Assembly (NCBI RefSeq): GCF_009914755.1
Contig: NC_060934.1
Direction: 5' to 3' (one strand)
Length of the DNA stretch: 64,000 nt
From: the human T2T-CHM13v2.0 reference genome, Homo sapiens
Shown here piece after piece: positions 1 to 16,615 of the stretch. Positions within the stretch are counted from its first letter, which is position 1. Each line of letters begins with the position of its first letter. The position numbers and the translations under genes are program-made. The notes beneath the pieces are model-generated. The model searched no databases, had not been told where the DNA came from, and worked only from the letters and a program-made list of their open reading frames with translations.

Positions 1-296
1 TTCTTTAGTCATGGTTTTAGTGCGTGGGTTTGAGATATTTTAATCAGAAGCTTACGTGTTTGTTTCTGTTCTCATGCTCTTTAGTTTACCAGACTTCAAA
101 TCTTCGAGCAATTGGCTATTGTTATCTTGAGCTTTGAGTACAGACTAAGGCACTAGAGGTTTTTTTCTGTGCTCATGCTCCACCCTCATGTTCAGCAACA
201 CCTGCATGTCTAAGCTAAAAAACTAAGTCTCTCTTCACTTTCTATCCCCACAAGGTGCTAGATTTAGGGTGGGAGCAGCAATGGAGGGAGTTCTGT

Positions 297-453
297 GGTC
301 TCCTTCTTGGCCCTCGGGGCTGGGTCTCCTTCTGGCCTGTGTGTGTGACTGGCCCTCGGGGGTAGGTCGGTCTTCTTCTGGCCTGTGTGTGTGACTGGCC
401 CTCGGGGCTGGGTCTCCTTCTGGCCTATGTGTGTGACTGGCCCTCGGGGGTGG
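297..453. repeat. Minisatellite of about 3.5 units alternating 42 and 46 bp
   Basis: Units starting ggccctcgggg at 309, 351, 397 and 439; the complete units end gtgtgtgact. Confidence 0.92.
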
Positions 454-617
454 TACTTCACCACTCCCAGGTATCCTCACTGTGGCATTGGTCTTAAGGA
501 GGAGAGAGTTCTCTGACCTAACCCAGCATTAATAGATCTCTTCTGGGTATTGATTTAGGATCCCAGACAAGACAATTTTCTGCTCTTTCTAAGGATTGGG
601 AGTTATATTTTCTATCC

Positions 618-1014
618 TGTTAAGAATTGAATTTTGTCTTCCTCAAAATCAGTATGTCAAAGCCCTAACCCTCAGTACTTCAGAATGCTGCTGTATTTGC
701 AGACAGAGCCTTTGAAGAGGACATTAACTTAAAATGAGGTTGTTAGGATGGGCCTTAATGCAATGTGACAGGTGTCCTTATAAGGAAATGAAATTTGTAC
801 TCATAGAGACCCCAGGGATGTGCACCTGGGCAGATGTTGGCCATGTGAGAACACAGAAGGTGGCTGTTTTCAGGCCAAGGAGAGAGACCTCAGAAGAAAT
901 CAAACCTGCCAATTGATCTTGGACCTCCTCCAGAACTCTGAAAGCATAAATTTCTGTTATTTAAGCCACCCAGTCTCTAGTAGTTTGTTACGACAACCTT
1001 AGCAAACCAGTACA
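618..1014 (+). mobile_element. MLT1 (MaLR) solo LTR
   Basis: TG...CA ends; typical motifs aaaatgaggt, gtccttataag, aaatttctgttatttaagccacccagt, ttagcaaaccagtaca. Confidence 0.8.
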
Positions 1015-1492
1015 TTCCCTTTGTCCCCGCCTTCCCTAGCAGCAATAAACCTTTGTCTGTGTCCTGAGATACAAGAGGTTTACCTACCCTTCTACAGGCA
1101 GATGGATTTTGTTTCTACTCTTCCCCAGAGGACATGGATTTTCAGCTGAGCTCCCGGTATATGGACAAGGAGCTGAATTGCTGCCCCTATTCCAGTGATT
1201 TAATTAAGTCTTCTACATCGCAGCAGAGACCATCCAAGTGATAGTACTCCAGGCTTGTCCCCCACGACCAGCCAGTTGCCTTCGTTGCCGTCAAAGGGAA
1301 ATCTCCAGTTTCTTGCTCTGCCTCCAGACTTCTTCGTGAGAAGAAGTGATAGAAGCCTATGGAAAAATAATTGTGAATGCAGCTTTTGCCTGAGGCTTCC
1401 ACCTTCCACCAATTGACATGCTAGCTCATGCTTGGCCTTTTGAAAAATGTTAAAGTTTTGCCTGATTTCTTCTTTTTTAAAACAACTTTGTT

Positions 1493-1762
1493 GGCTGGGT
1501 GTGGTGGCTCATGCCTGTAATCCGGCCACTTTGGGAGGCCGAGGCAGGTAGATCACCTGAGGTCAGGAGTTCCAGACCAGCCTGTCCAACGTAGTGAAAC
1601 CCCGTCTCTACTAAAAATACAAAAATTAGCAGGGCGTGGTGGCAGTCGCCTGTAATCGCTGCTACTCTGGAAGCTGAGGCAGGAGAATCGCTTGAACCCG
1701 GGAGGCGGAGGTTGCAGTGAGTGAAACTCCGTCTCAAAACAAAACAAAACAAAACAAAAAAA
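1493..1762 (+). mobile_element. AluS with a ~40-bp deletion in the right arm and a (CAAAA)n tail
   Basis: Alu consensus; gttgcagtgag is joined directly to tgaaactccgtctc. Confidence 0.92.
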
Positions 1763-1764
1763 CC

Positions 1765-2890
1765 CAAAACTTTATTGAGATATAATTCACATACCATACC
1801 AGTTCACTTAAGTGTACAATTATTCAATGGTTTTTAATATATTCACAGATTTGTGTATAATCATCACTGTAGTCAATGTTAGAACATTTTTTCATCTCAA
1901 AAACCTCATAGTTTTCAAGCTATCATCCTCACCCAAGCTGTCACCCCAGCCCAAGGCATCTACCAATCTACTTTGTCTCTACAGATTTCCTTGTTTTGGA
2001 CTTTCATATAAATACAATTGTATAATAGGTGGTATGTTGTGACTGGCTTCTGGCACTTAGCATGCTATTTTTACGGTTCATCTGTGTTGTAGAACATATC
2101 AGTACTATATTCCTTTTTATGGCTGAGTAGTATTTCATTGTATTGCTATACAACCTTTTGTTTATCTGTTCATCAGTTGATGCACATTTAGTTTGTTTCC
2201 ACCTTTTGGCTGTTACAAATAGTGTTTCTGTAAATATCCTTATACAAGTTGCTATGTAGACATAAGTTTTTATTTATTTGGGGTGAAATCTAGCAGTGGA
2301 ATTGCTGAGTTATTTGATAACACCATATTTAATTATTTGAGAAACTGCTAGACTGTTTTCCAAAGCAGCTGCATGATCATACATTCTTACCAGTAGTGTA
2401 TGAAGGTACTGATTTATCCAGTGTTGGTGTTTCTCACCAACATGTGATAGTATCAGACGTAGGATTCTAGCCATCCTAGTGGTTAGGAAGTGGTAACTTG
2501 TGATATTTATTTGCATTTTCCTGATGACTAATTATGTCAAGAATCTTTTCATGTGCTTATTAGGCACTTGTATGCCTTCCTTACAAAAGTGTCTATTCAG
2601 ATCCTTTGTCCATTTTTAATTTTTTTAAAATTTTTGAATTCTAAGAGTTTTTATGTAGTCTGGATGGAAGTCCTTTATCAGATATATGATTTGCAAATAT
2701 TTTCTGCCATTCTGAGGGTTGTCTTTTTACTTTTTAGATGGTGTCCTTGGAAGCGCAAAAGTTTTTTTTTTAACTTTGTTGAAGTCTAATTTATCTATTT
2801 TTTGTTTTGTTGTTCATGTTTTTGGCACCATGCCTAAGAATCCATTGCCAAATGCAAGGTCATAAAGATTTATTCTTATGTTTTCTTGGT
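1765..2890 (-). mobile_element. Old L1 (L1MB/MC-type) 3' end
   Basis: Antisense L1 3'UTR and ORF2 C-terminal motifs; ORF 2310..2516 resembles the ORF2p 'MQIKTT..YHLTP.RMAII' segment. Confidence 0.8.
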
Positions 2891-5156
2891 TAAGGAAATT
2901 TGTGCCTATCTTTATAAGATATATTAAGCTGTACTTTTCTTATGATGTCTTTGTCTAATTTTGGTATCAACGTAATAGAAGTCTCATAAAAAGAGTTGGG
3001 AAATATTCCCTTCTCTTCCATTTTTTTGAAAAGGTCCATAAATAATTGGTTTTAATTATTCTTTAAATATAATATTGGGTAAGATTTAGTGGTGAAGCCC
3101 CCTAGGCCTGGACTTTTCTTTATGGGTAATTTATTATTATCATTATTACTCCTTCGTTCTAGCCACTTATCACATGTCTAGTCAGACTGTCTATTTTTGT
3201 CTGGAGTCAGTTTTAGTCATTTATACATTTTCAGGAATTAGTCCATTTTTTCCTAAGCTGCCTGATTTGTTGGCATACAATTGTATATATTATTCATTTA
3301 AAATCCTTTTTATTCCTGTAGGGTCCATAGTAATGTTCCTTTTTAAATTTCTGATTCAGGTGACTCGAGTCCTCTCTCTTTTCTGTGGTAAATCTAGCTA
3401 AAGACTTGCTAATTTTGTTATTCTTTTTAAAGAACCAGCTTTTGGTTTCATTGAGTTTTCTCTATTATTTTCCTATCCATTAATTCATTAATTTTTTTCT
3501 AATATTCATTATATTCTCCATTCTGCTTGCTTTATGTTTAGTTTGCACTTCCTTTTCCAGCATCAAAAGGTAGAAGGTTAGGTTATTGATTTAAGATATT
3601 TTCTTCCTTTACGTGGTAGACATTTACTGCAAGAAAATGGCCTCTAGGCACTGCTTCAATTGCATCTAATAAGTTTTGATATGGTGTGTGTTCATTTTCA
3701 TTTATCGCAAAGTATTTCCTGATTTTTCTTTTGATTTCTTCTTCGACCCACTGAGGATTCAGGAGTGTGTTTAATTTCCACATATTTATGAGTTACCAAT
3801 TTTTTGAATGCTATTGATTTCTAATTTCATTTCATTGTAGTCAGAGAACATATTTTGCACTATTTCTATCCTTTTAAAGTTATTGAGGCTTGTTTTATGG
3901 CTTAGCAATATTATTGGGGTTCCCTTTTAAATACTGAGTAATTTTTTTCTTACTGCCCACAAGATGTTTTCCTTGTCTTCACCTTTCAACATTTTTACTA
4001 TGATTTGTACATTGGTGATTCTTTCTGAGTTTATCCTATGTAAAATGCATTGAGCTTTCCGGATGGGTACAATACTGTTTTTCAATAAATTTGGGAAGCT
4101 TTCAACTATTGATTTTTTGCCTACTCTTTTTCTGTTCCTTTCTCTCCTTTCCTTTGGTACTCCCATTACACATATATTGTTATGCTTAATGATGTCCCAC
4201 ATTTCTCTGAACCATTTGTCACTTTTCTTCATACTTTATATTCATTCTTTTTATTTATGTTTTTCAGCTTACACAATTTTTATTGATCTGTCTTCTACTT
4301 CCTTATTGTTTCTTCTGTGAGATCAAATCTAATGTTGTGCCCTTCTTTGAGCCCTTCTGATAATTTTTTAAATTTTAGTAATTAGTTAGAATTTTCATTT
4401 GTTTTCTAAAATTTCTATCTCTATTGATATTGTATATTTGATTCAATGTTGTTCTTATTCTTTCTTTACTTCTTTATTTTTTGTTGCATTAGCTCTGTGA
4501 ACATGCTTATAATGGCTACTTCAAAGTCTTTTTCTGAAAAACCTAACATCTGGTCTCTCTCACATGCAGTTTCTATTGCTTTATTTACTTTTTTTTTAAC
4601 TGTTCGGGTCATACTTTCCTTTTTTTTTGTATGCCTCACAATTTCTTTGTTGAAAATTTTATATAGTATATATAATTACAAATATATTTAATGTGTATCT
4701 TAATTAATTTATAAGACTACTCAGAAATTCTGAGTACTAGCCAACCCCAGGGAGAGCTTGTTATTATTTGCCTGAGTGGATTATTTCAGCAAAATCTATT
4801 TCTCTTCATCTCTGGTGTTAGCTTTTGATGTTTTTCCTCTGGGAGGTATAGCTTCAGGTGTGCCCATAGACACCCTAGAATGACAGTGGTACTAGTAGGA
4901 CTATTTTCATCTCTTTCACTGACCATTCTTAGCTATTAAATTCCACCAGTTGCCGGCAGATTGTTCTATTGTCTTTAACAATGCCCTGTGACATAAACTG
5001 TCCCATGAACTAACCCAATCAAATTGTAGCTTCTTTGACAGAATAGTTACTGAAGTGACTGATTTTTGCTCAGACCTCAGGCAGACTCCAGGAAGACTCT
5101 TTCTAGATTCCCTGGTCCCCTCCTTCAAACTTGCTGAGCTACAGTTTAGACTGTAT

Positions 5157-5452
5157 CTTTTTTATTTATTTATTTATTTTAGAGCCAGGATCTCACTCTG
5201 TCACCTAATCTGGAGCACAAGGGCACAATCACAACTCACTGCAACCTCAAAATCTTGAGCGCAAGCAATCCTCCTGCCTCAGAATCCTGAGTAGCTCAGC
5301 CTATGGGTGTGCACCATCACACCTGGTTAATTTTCTAAAATTGTTTTTTGTAGAGATGGGGTCTCACTGGCTTTGAACTTCTGGACTCAAGCAGTCCTCC
5401 TGCCTGGGCCTCCCAAAGTGCCGGGATTACAGTACAGGCATGAGCCTAGCCT
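5157..5452 (-). mobile_element. AluJ
   Basis: Diverged antisense Alu with a (TTTA)n tail. Confidence 0.85.
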
Positions 5453-5486
5453 AGCCTTACTTTATAAGGAGATCTTGAATCTCTGA

Positions 5487-5826
<340 letters not shown>

Positions 5827-5913
5827 ACAACTGCCATTATTCTTGACAGTGCCTCTAGAATTGAATTTCTTCTCTGTTGCAAATGAAGTCAGTTCCTTAA
5901 AAATAAATCAGGT

Positions 5914-6200
5914 GGACCGAGCACGGTGGCTCACACCTGTAATCCCAGCACTTTGGGAGGCTGAGGAGGGTGGATCACCTGAGGTAAGGAGTTCGAGACC
6001 AGCCTGGCCAACATGGTGAAACCCCGTCTCTCCTAAAAATTCAATAATTAGCACGGCATGGTGGCACGCACCTGTAATCCCAGTTAGTCTACTCCAGAGG
6101 CTGAAGCAGGAGAATCACTGGAATCTGGGAGGCGGTGAGCCCAGAACATACCACTGCATTCCAGCCTGGGCGACAGAGCAAGACTCTGTCTCAATCAATC
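5914..6200 (+). mobile_element. AluS with (TCAA)n tail
   Basis: Alu consensus; flanking direct repeat aatcaggtg. Confidence 0.9.
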
Positions 6201-7007
6201 AATCAGGTGTTAACTATTTTTTGGCCTGTTTTCACTCAGGCAAAATCTCTGAACTAAGGTTCTGGAATTATGGGCGGAGATGATGGCAGTCTCTGTGAGT
6301 GACATCCCTGCTCTAGGACCCCAGTACTCAGTGAGTGAGAGCAAGAGTGAGCATGGCCCCAGTATTTCAGCAGAACACACCCATGGTAGAGTTCTGACCA
6401 AAGAGTGATGGTTAGGCAGAAGAGTATCCCCACTCCTCCACTGCACTCAGGCAGAACTTTGCCTCAGTAGCAGGTGGTTGGGATCAAGAATGGAAAGCAA
6501 GGATGTCCTGCTCCTCCTGGGAGGAAAGCCCTCCAACTGTGAACTGGGAGGAAAGGCAGCCCTGTGTTCTTGGAGGCAGCAGCGTGGAGTCTGCCTCACT
6601 GAGATGACAGGGAGTCGGGAGGAACTGGTCTTGGCTCAAGTACTATAAATTCTTGCCTTTATTACTGAATTTTCAGAGGTGTTCTTGAATAGATGTTTGT
6701 TCATTTGCTCTTTGTCCTTGGGATGATCTCTAGAGGTTTTACACGGTTGTTATTTCTTGTAGTTTTCAGCCATTTCAGTAGGAACAGGGGAGCATGGTTC
6801 TTCATGCTGCCACGCTGGAAGTCTATCACCTACTTTCTTACCTACTTTTGTTACAGACCACAGGCTCTTGGGGCCTTATGTAATGGAAATTTACATGGGC
6901 CAAGCGGATTTCTCAGATAAGGCTTTATTTCAGGGCTTGTGCTTCAGTGCAAGGGAAACAGCAGAGGTACAAGGATCCTCTGGTTGGCTCCTTAAAAAGC
7001 CAGTAGG

Positions 7008-7303
7008 GGCCGGGCACAGTGGCTCACATCTGTAATCCCAGCACTTTGGGAGGCTGAGGCGGGCGGATCACGAGGTCAGAAGATTGAGACCAGCCCAATA
7101 TGGGGAAACCCTGTCTCTACTAAACATACAAAAATTAGCTGGGCGTGGTGGCGCGTGCCTGTAATCCCATCTGCTCAGGAGGCTGAGGCAGGAGAATCGC
7201 TTGAACCTGGGAGGCAGAGGTTGCAGTCAGCGGAGATCATGCCACTGCGCTACAGCCTGGTGATAGAGCGAGACTCTGTCAAGAAAAAAAAAAAAAAAAA
7301 AAA
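7008..7303 (+). mobile_element. AluS with long poly(A) tail
   Basis: TSD aaaaagccagtagg / aaaaagccactagg. Confidence 0.92.
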
Positions 7304-7390
7304 AAAAAGCCACTAGGGATTTTTTTAATTAGGCAAAGTGAGGAATTGACTTTGCTAGGAAAACGGGAGCATAGGAGAGCCAGAGTGACA

Positions 7391-7697
<307 letters not shown>

Positions 7698-8864
7698 GAG
7701 TGACACCTTTTTAAAAATCAACTCCATCTTAAAACTAGCAAGGCACATTCCTTGCCAGTCACGACCCACGGTCATATGATGTTTAAGACTGAGGAAGCAG
7801 CTTAATAATGCCTGCAAGGATAAACACCTGGGACAACTAAACACCCAGATGTCCCAATATTATTTAACAATATGCATTTTTTAAGTGATAATACTTATGC
7901 TTTGTGCTTATGCACTAAAATGCCAAGGATAACCTTCTTTAAATCAACAAAGTAATAAATTCTGTCATTCTGTGAGCCCACCCACATGCAGACATAATTT
8001 AGCTTAGCTTTTACATAGATAAGACCCCTATATAAGAAAAACTTAAAAACCCTGATGTTGCATTCCTCCTCTTGCTTTCTGAGAACACCCTACTCTGTAA
8101 CTGAGTAGCTTTCAATAAACTCTCTCTTCTCACTGCACTCTATAACTCGCCTTGCATTCCTTCCTGCAGAAGATCCAAACTTCCTATCTTGGAGTCTGGA
8201 TCAGGACCTCTTTTTCTGGCGACAACAACAGGGATAGGGTATGCAGGCTCTGCTAGGCAAAGCGGGTGAGGGGTAGGGCCTGCAGGTCGCTTATCTGGTT
8301 GTGATGGTTATCTTGAGTAATGGGCCACCTGGTGGTCTGGCCAATGGCAACAAGACTTTGAATCAGCGTTCCTTTCCTGGTTGGGCATTACTCATTATTG
8401 CAGTCACGTTCCACTCCACATCTCCCACACTCATGCCAGGGCAATTGTTAAAGGGCATTTTGTTCCTGACTAGCTTCCTCCTCCATTACCTTCATGTTCC
8501 TGGAATTTGTGACGCAAAAAACAATCTACAGCCAATCAAGAGCTTATGTTATTTTAAGGTAAGTTATTGGAAAACAACTTAGGAATGGCTTCTTCTTTTT
8601 TCTTTAAAAATCTACTTTGGAACTGCTGCTAATTGGAGTATATATTTAGGGAAACTGGAATCTGTGTTACTAGGTGGCTATTCTCAAGCTTTGAGCTAGA
8701 ATATACTCTATAACTAATTATATTTTCTGAATCTCATTATTTAAGGTTAACATTTTCTATGTCTATACAATATTACTGAGTATAAATATGTCCAGACCTT
8801 ATTAAAATAAAATATGGTTTTGATAAGCTTTTGAATTTCTTGTGTATTCAGATGTAGACTATTA

Positions 8865-9610
8865 ATTCAATCATTTATTTCACAAAAAAATTATTAAGCA
8901 CTTCTATATATGATAATACGGTAGTTTTCAGGGATAGGGGGCTAAATCCTGAGTCTTACCTTCCAGGAGATGTCAGTTTACCAGGAGACACATGCATGCA
9001 GACAGATAACTAAAGAAAGACTTAATAAAGGAGCTAGGAAAAGCTAAGTCTGAAGAATGGAAGAGAGTTTTAAAGGCAAGAAATATTGGGGAAGCCCACT
9101 GAAGTAGAAGCTAGAATAAACACTTTCTAGACAAGTTTCATGTGTCCAAGGATTGGATACAAAGTATGCCGAAAATGAAACCAGAAATATAGGTCAAGGC
9201 ACGTTAATAAAGGATGCTGTGTCTTGATAAGGAGTTACAACATGATAGGTGCTTTTGGATAGAGAATAATTGGTAACAAGGAGACCAATGTAAAGGCTAT
9301 CATATCAACCAACAATTATTTGAATTTGGACTAAAAATGTGGCTGTGTGGGTAGAAGATGGTGAAACCTACTTTTATAGTAGAAGTGGCTATTTTTTTGA
9401 CTATTTGGCCACGGTGGTTTAGAGAAAGAGAACGTAAAACCAATGTAGGTTTCTGGCTTGCAAATCTAAGTAGATATTGTTGTAATTAACTAAATTATTA
9501 ATGCAAGGCAGAGAATCTCATCTTGGAAGGAAAATAATGAATTCAGAATTAAACATGTTAAATTTGAGTAACCTAGATATTCCAGTGAAGATTGTAATAC
9601 ACTGTAGGTG
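8865..9610. mobile_element. Decayed L2-like fragments
   Basis: attcaatcatttattt...ttattaagcacttcta terminal motif and purine-rich body. Confidence 0.5.
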
Positions 9611-9654
9611 ACATGGATCTATGGTTCTAGACCAATGTGAAAGTGTGAAAGTGA

Positions 9655-10323
<669 letters not shown>

Positions 10324-10450
10324 TAAACAAGTTCTTTTAATTTCATTTTTAAAGTACAAGTAATATGAGCTACTTCACAGAGCTTTTAGTGGGCGATTAA
10401 ATTAGAAGTGGACAGTGCTTCAATAAATGACAGCTATGATGCTATTTATT

Positions 10451-10706
10451 TTGTTTGTAATTGATATCTGATAATTGTTCATGTTTATAGGGTACAGGCT
10501 GGTGTTTCAATACATGACTACAATGTATAGTGATCAAATCAGGGTAGTTAGGATGTCCACCACTTGAAACCTTTATCATTTCTTTGTGATGATACTTTCA
10601 AGATCCTCTTTTCTACCTATCTTGAAACATAACAATACGTTGTTCTTAGCTATAGTCACCATACTATGTAATAGAACAGCGGTACTTATTCTCCCCATCT
10701 AAGTAT
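10451..10706 (-). mobile_element. Short 5'-truncated L1 3'-end insertion with intact TSD
   Basis: L1MA/MB-like 3'UTR; TSD tgatgctatttatt at 10437-10450 and 10707-10720. Confidence 0.85.
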
Positions 10707-10777
10707 TGATGCTATTTATTAATGAAGTCTGATTTGTATTAACAGAGATGAATTAAATCAACCAAAAAGAGTACATA

Positions 10778-10991
10778 CAGGTTGAGTATCACTTATTTGA
10801 AATGCTGGTTACCAGAAATGTTTCAGATTTCAGGTTTTTTTCTGATTTGAGAGTATTTGATTTATACTTATAAGTTGAGCATCTGTAATCTGGATATCAA
10901 ATTAAGGTTGAGCATCATGTCAACACTAAAAATGTTTCAGATTTGGGAGCATTTCCAATTTTGGATTTTCAGTTCAGGAACACTCAACCTG
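10778..10991. mobile_element. Tigger4a/MER46-like MITE
   Basis: Terminal inverted repeats caggttgagt...actcaacctg flanked by TA on both sides. Confidence 0.85.
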
Positions 10992-12565
10992 TAACGTGTC
11001 TGAAGTTAAATCCAAAGAAGTGCTTCTTGGTACCGTTTTGTGGTTTAACAGAATACTTCAACCTTAGGTCAAGCTTGATGCTTTAAGGTAGCAGACCAGG
11101 AGAAAATCTAAATAGAGTTTGAGATTTGTTTTGCCTTTTGTGCTTTTTGAGTGATTTTTTATGTATCATATCATCACATTCTCAAAGCCATTCTTTGAAT
11201 GAGGTATGTTCACCCCAATTTTATACAATTTATGACTTGCCTGCCTAAAGTCAATCACAAAGTGTAGTTATGGAACTGAACGCTTAAGTCTGGCTTCTGG
11301 CTTGTAGCCTACAACTCTGCCATATCAAACCTGCCACTCAGCGGGCTCCACATTCATCGTCCTATTCTGTAACTGATCTTAGACCTCAATAAAAAAGCTC
11401 TATGAAAGAGGGCCTTTGCATGGCAGCTCTGACGTGTAACCTTTTTGGCTCAAAAGCACATTAGTAGTTTGTTATTCCCATTTGAAAAATGCCTTCAAGA
11501 AGGAGACAAGAGATCAAAACCAACAAGTAAATTAAGGTGTTAGGTGCACGATTCAATTAAATAATTTGGAAATATAGGTGATATTGTTTTTTTCAAAAGT
11601 CTGTGTTGGAATTCTAATGCTGTTATGACATTAAACCAATCAAATTGTAAAAAGGTTACTGTTCTCACCAAAAATTCAGCCCCCACACACTCAGTGCTGT
11701 CATAAATAATAGTTATCCTTATGGAAAAACTAACACATTTTGTTAGCTATAAGTCAATATGAAAAATAAAATTCAAAACGAAGCAAAAATATATGCTATA
11801 GACTTTTCTTCCTTCGACTCTTTCATCTCTTCAATAATCTAAATTTTTTCTTAGGTTTTTCTTGTTAATTGAAGAGTTAAAGCATATGAACAATATTTTG
11901 TCACCAAGTCCATGATGCATTTCTTGAAAACTTACTCCTCTAGTGACAATATTACTATCATGTGAACAATCAGTTTCTGCAAAATGAAATTTGTTTTTTA
12001 CATGAGTTAATGGTGATATCTGCAGTTTTCCTCCTTTCAGGAACCTGAAAGCATTCATAAAAGTATCACTTTGGCTATTATAAGAACACTTTCTCCTCAA
12101 GTTAGTTTCTATTACTTATATTCCATGAAACAATGTCCCATGACATGAGAAGATGGGAACTTAATTCTGTTCAGGTACATAATTGCTGCAGTCCATGGAA
12201 AATAAGAGCAATAGATCTTGAGTTCATCTAAAAAGAGCAATTATGCATTAAATGATCCAGTTTATGCTGGACATCTGTAGCATATAGCTGTAATTAATCA
12301 AGAACCAGTAAATGTAAAAATATTACATATGAGGATAAGCATTCTCTGTCCCTTGTTTTTTTCCTATTCACTAAAAGAGAAAATGAATATCTTAGAATTA
12401 AGAGTAAATTATGAAAAGGTTTATTTGAAAGAAAATCTTGAATCTTCAAAGTTTTGAGATAAATAACCCTAAAGGAAACTGATTCTTGATAAAAACCTTT
12501 ATGATAGGTCCAAATTGGAAGGAATGAGGAGAAAACATTTTATAATAATAAAGAGAAGAAATCAA

Positions 12566-12874
<309 letters not shown>

Positions 12875-13854
12875 AGAAGAAATCAAAAAAGTAAATGGGG
12901 GAGAGAGGAAATTTCAGTTTAGCCATCATCCTTTGAGTAAAAGTTAAATGATCAAATATGATTCTAATATTCTGTACCTGTGCACTCCTAGGTAAAACAG
13001 TAAGGTATGCAAAAGATCCAGGAAAAACCCTCCAATATAATTCTCAAGATTATGTGCATTTTATGATAATATTGGTAAACTCCAAAAAAGTATAATTATA
13101 TAGGTATAATTTCAGGTGCTCTGGCATCTGAACAGAAATGGAATTTAATCCAGTAAATGACTTTGGGGCACCTACTATCTTACCTGTACTGTTTCTACTG
13201 CTGGAAATAAAAAGATGAGTAATACCTGGTCCCTGTTCTGGATAAACTAAAAATCCAGGCAGTATTTTAGAGCACACCCAAAAACAAGCAAACAACAAAA
13301 CCACAATAAACGACTGAAGTCATAATACGAATAAGTTATCATCACAACACAGAGAAATACATGCTTAACTTTTTAGCCTAGAGGAAACAGGAATGCAGAT
13401 TAGTAAACAGCCTCTCAGAGGAAGTGAACTTGAGCTGGCATTTGACCAATGTAGAGTTGTCTCCAGGCAGGCCAGGGTAAGAGGTGGGGTTCTTTTAAGT
13501 CCCTCAGAGCCTCTGACACTCTTTGAAGTACTTAATGACATGAAACATATTTAAAATGTGCCCATTTATGCATAATCATATGAGTTGAATTACATTTGAC
13601 AAGATACTACAATGTGCACTTTGTAGACATTAAATGCTCATCAACTCAATTTTGTGATTTAAAAATATATTTATTACAATAGTTTCTCCACTTTCCAACA
13701 CTTCCTTACACTCTTGGAGAACTCATGTTCTTTCTGCAATATTCCCACGGTGCCTAATGGAAAACAATGGCTGAGGAGAAGGCATTCCAGCCACAAGGTC
13801 CAGCTTGAATCCAAGCTCTGGGAAGATGTATATTTAAGTAGAAAAGTTTTTTGG

Positions 13855-14210
13855 CCCATTTAGGCTGCTATAATACAATATCTTAGAATGAGTAGCTTAT
13901 AAACAACAGAAATGTATTTCTCACAGTTCTGGAGGCTGTGAAGTCCAAGATCAAGGCTCTGGCATATTTGGTAGATATTGAGGGCCTGTTTCTGGTTCAC
14001 AGATGACCTTCTTCTTGCTGTGTCCTCATATGGTGGAAGGGGTGAGGCAGCTCTTTGGGGTTGCTTTCGTAAAGGCACTAATCCCATTCATGAGGGCTTT
14101 ACCCTCATTACCTAATCATCTCCCCGAAGCCCCATGTCCAAATATCATTGCATTCAGGGTCAGGTTTAGACATATAAATTTGGGGGGATCCAAGCATACA
14201 GTCTGTAGCA
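13855..14210 (-). mobile_element. MLT1/MST-type MaLR solo LTR
   Basis: aggctgctataa...ttataaacaacagaaatgtatttctcacagttctggaggctg...agtctgtagca. Confidence 0.8.
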
Positions 14211-14886
14211 TAAAGCCTCTCAAATCATAATATCACTGATTAACCCTGTGTAGGCATATAGAGTTCCACATTGTCATTGTCATTCTTTCCATCCTGTAGT
14301 CAGATGTCATCAGCAAAGTGCCTGAATGAGGATTTCTCTGAGAACATACTTCCCCACTAACTCTGTAATTGTGGATAACTACTTAGCCTCTTAAGTCTTT
14401 GTTGACTTGTGTGTAAAATAAGGATAGTACTGTAGTACTCTAAATGCAATGTATTTGAAGTTGCCTATGGAAGACTTTCTAGAGATGTAAGGCATTAGAG
14501 CAGCCACAATCATTCAGTGTTTTTTATTTACCACTCTTTTTAGATCCCAGGAATGGCAAAAGTACTTAAAATGTTTTCTGTACTAGAAAAACAGCATGTA
14601 ATAAGAAAATGAGTAAAACTCCTCTCTTCTTTACTTTTAGAAAGAATTGAAAGAGAGCTTTTCTTTTAATAGAAAATACTTGAGAAATGTTGGCTTTCTT
14701 TGTGAATTATCATATGTAAAATCATACTTGACTAATAGCATGCAATATTTAACCTTAGCTCAAGCTGTCAGGAATTAGACTGATATCCTTCCCACAAATG
14801 TAGAGTGACAGTAATATGATCTGAGGCATTTGGGGCTTGGGAAGATAGCTAATGGTGTAAACATGTCAATTAAGTAAATATTTTAA

Positions 14887-15315
<429 letters not shown>

Positions 15316-15895
15316 TAATTTAACACTAACAATCTCCATACATATTGAAGGGTAAATTTTGTTCTTTGCAGATGTGTTATTGTTGCTGGGGGTAGGTATT
15401 TGTTTTTTTGTTGTTGTTGTTAGGCATTTACTTGTGTTTTTGTCAAGGGGCTACAATTATGTGCTTCAGATACCAGAAAGCATTAAAAGATATACAGTGA
15501 GACATCTCTCTCCTGTCTCTGTCCCCTGCTTCCAAGTCTTCACCCCTCTCTTCCATCTTCTTAATCCCATTTTAGCCACACCCCACAAATAATCACCATT
15601 GTTAATGCTAACATTAAACACTTTGCTTAAAAAATTAAAATGTGACTGTTTAGTCATTTGTAGGAGGAAACTGATGGGTATTTTGTAGACTCAGAGAAAT
15701 TACAGAAGCGAAATCTCAGAGAATTGAGGAAGGAAAGGGACTTAGATAACAAGTGAAAAGGCTGTGTCATTGTTCATGTCACTGTCTGAGTCTATCTGCT
15801 CTAACAAATTCTTCCCTGAAAAGCAGCTATGCAGTTAACCTTGTGTGTGCCTGCTGCTATAGCTTCTGTTTCTTCAAGGAAAATCCAAAACACTC

Positions 15896-16615
<720 letters not shown>

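Noticed and set aside
297-453. Repeat array superficially like CRISPR
   Set aside because: No unique spacers, human DNA, no cas genes; it is a tandem minisatellite.
8321-8342. CTCF-like ccacctggtggtct in the LTR cluster
   Set aside because: Imperfect core; not supportable from sequence alone.
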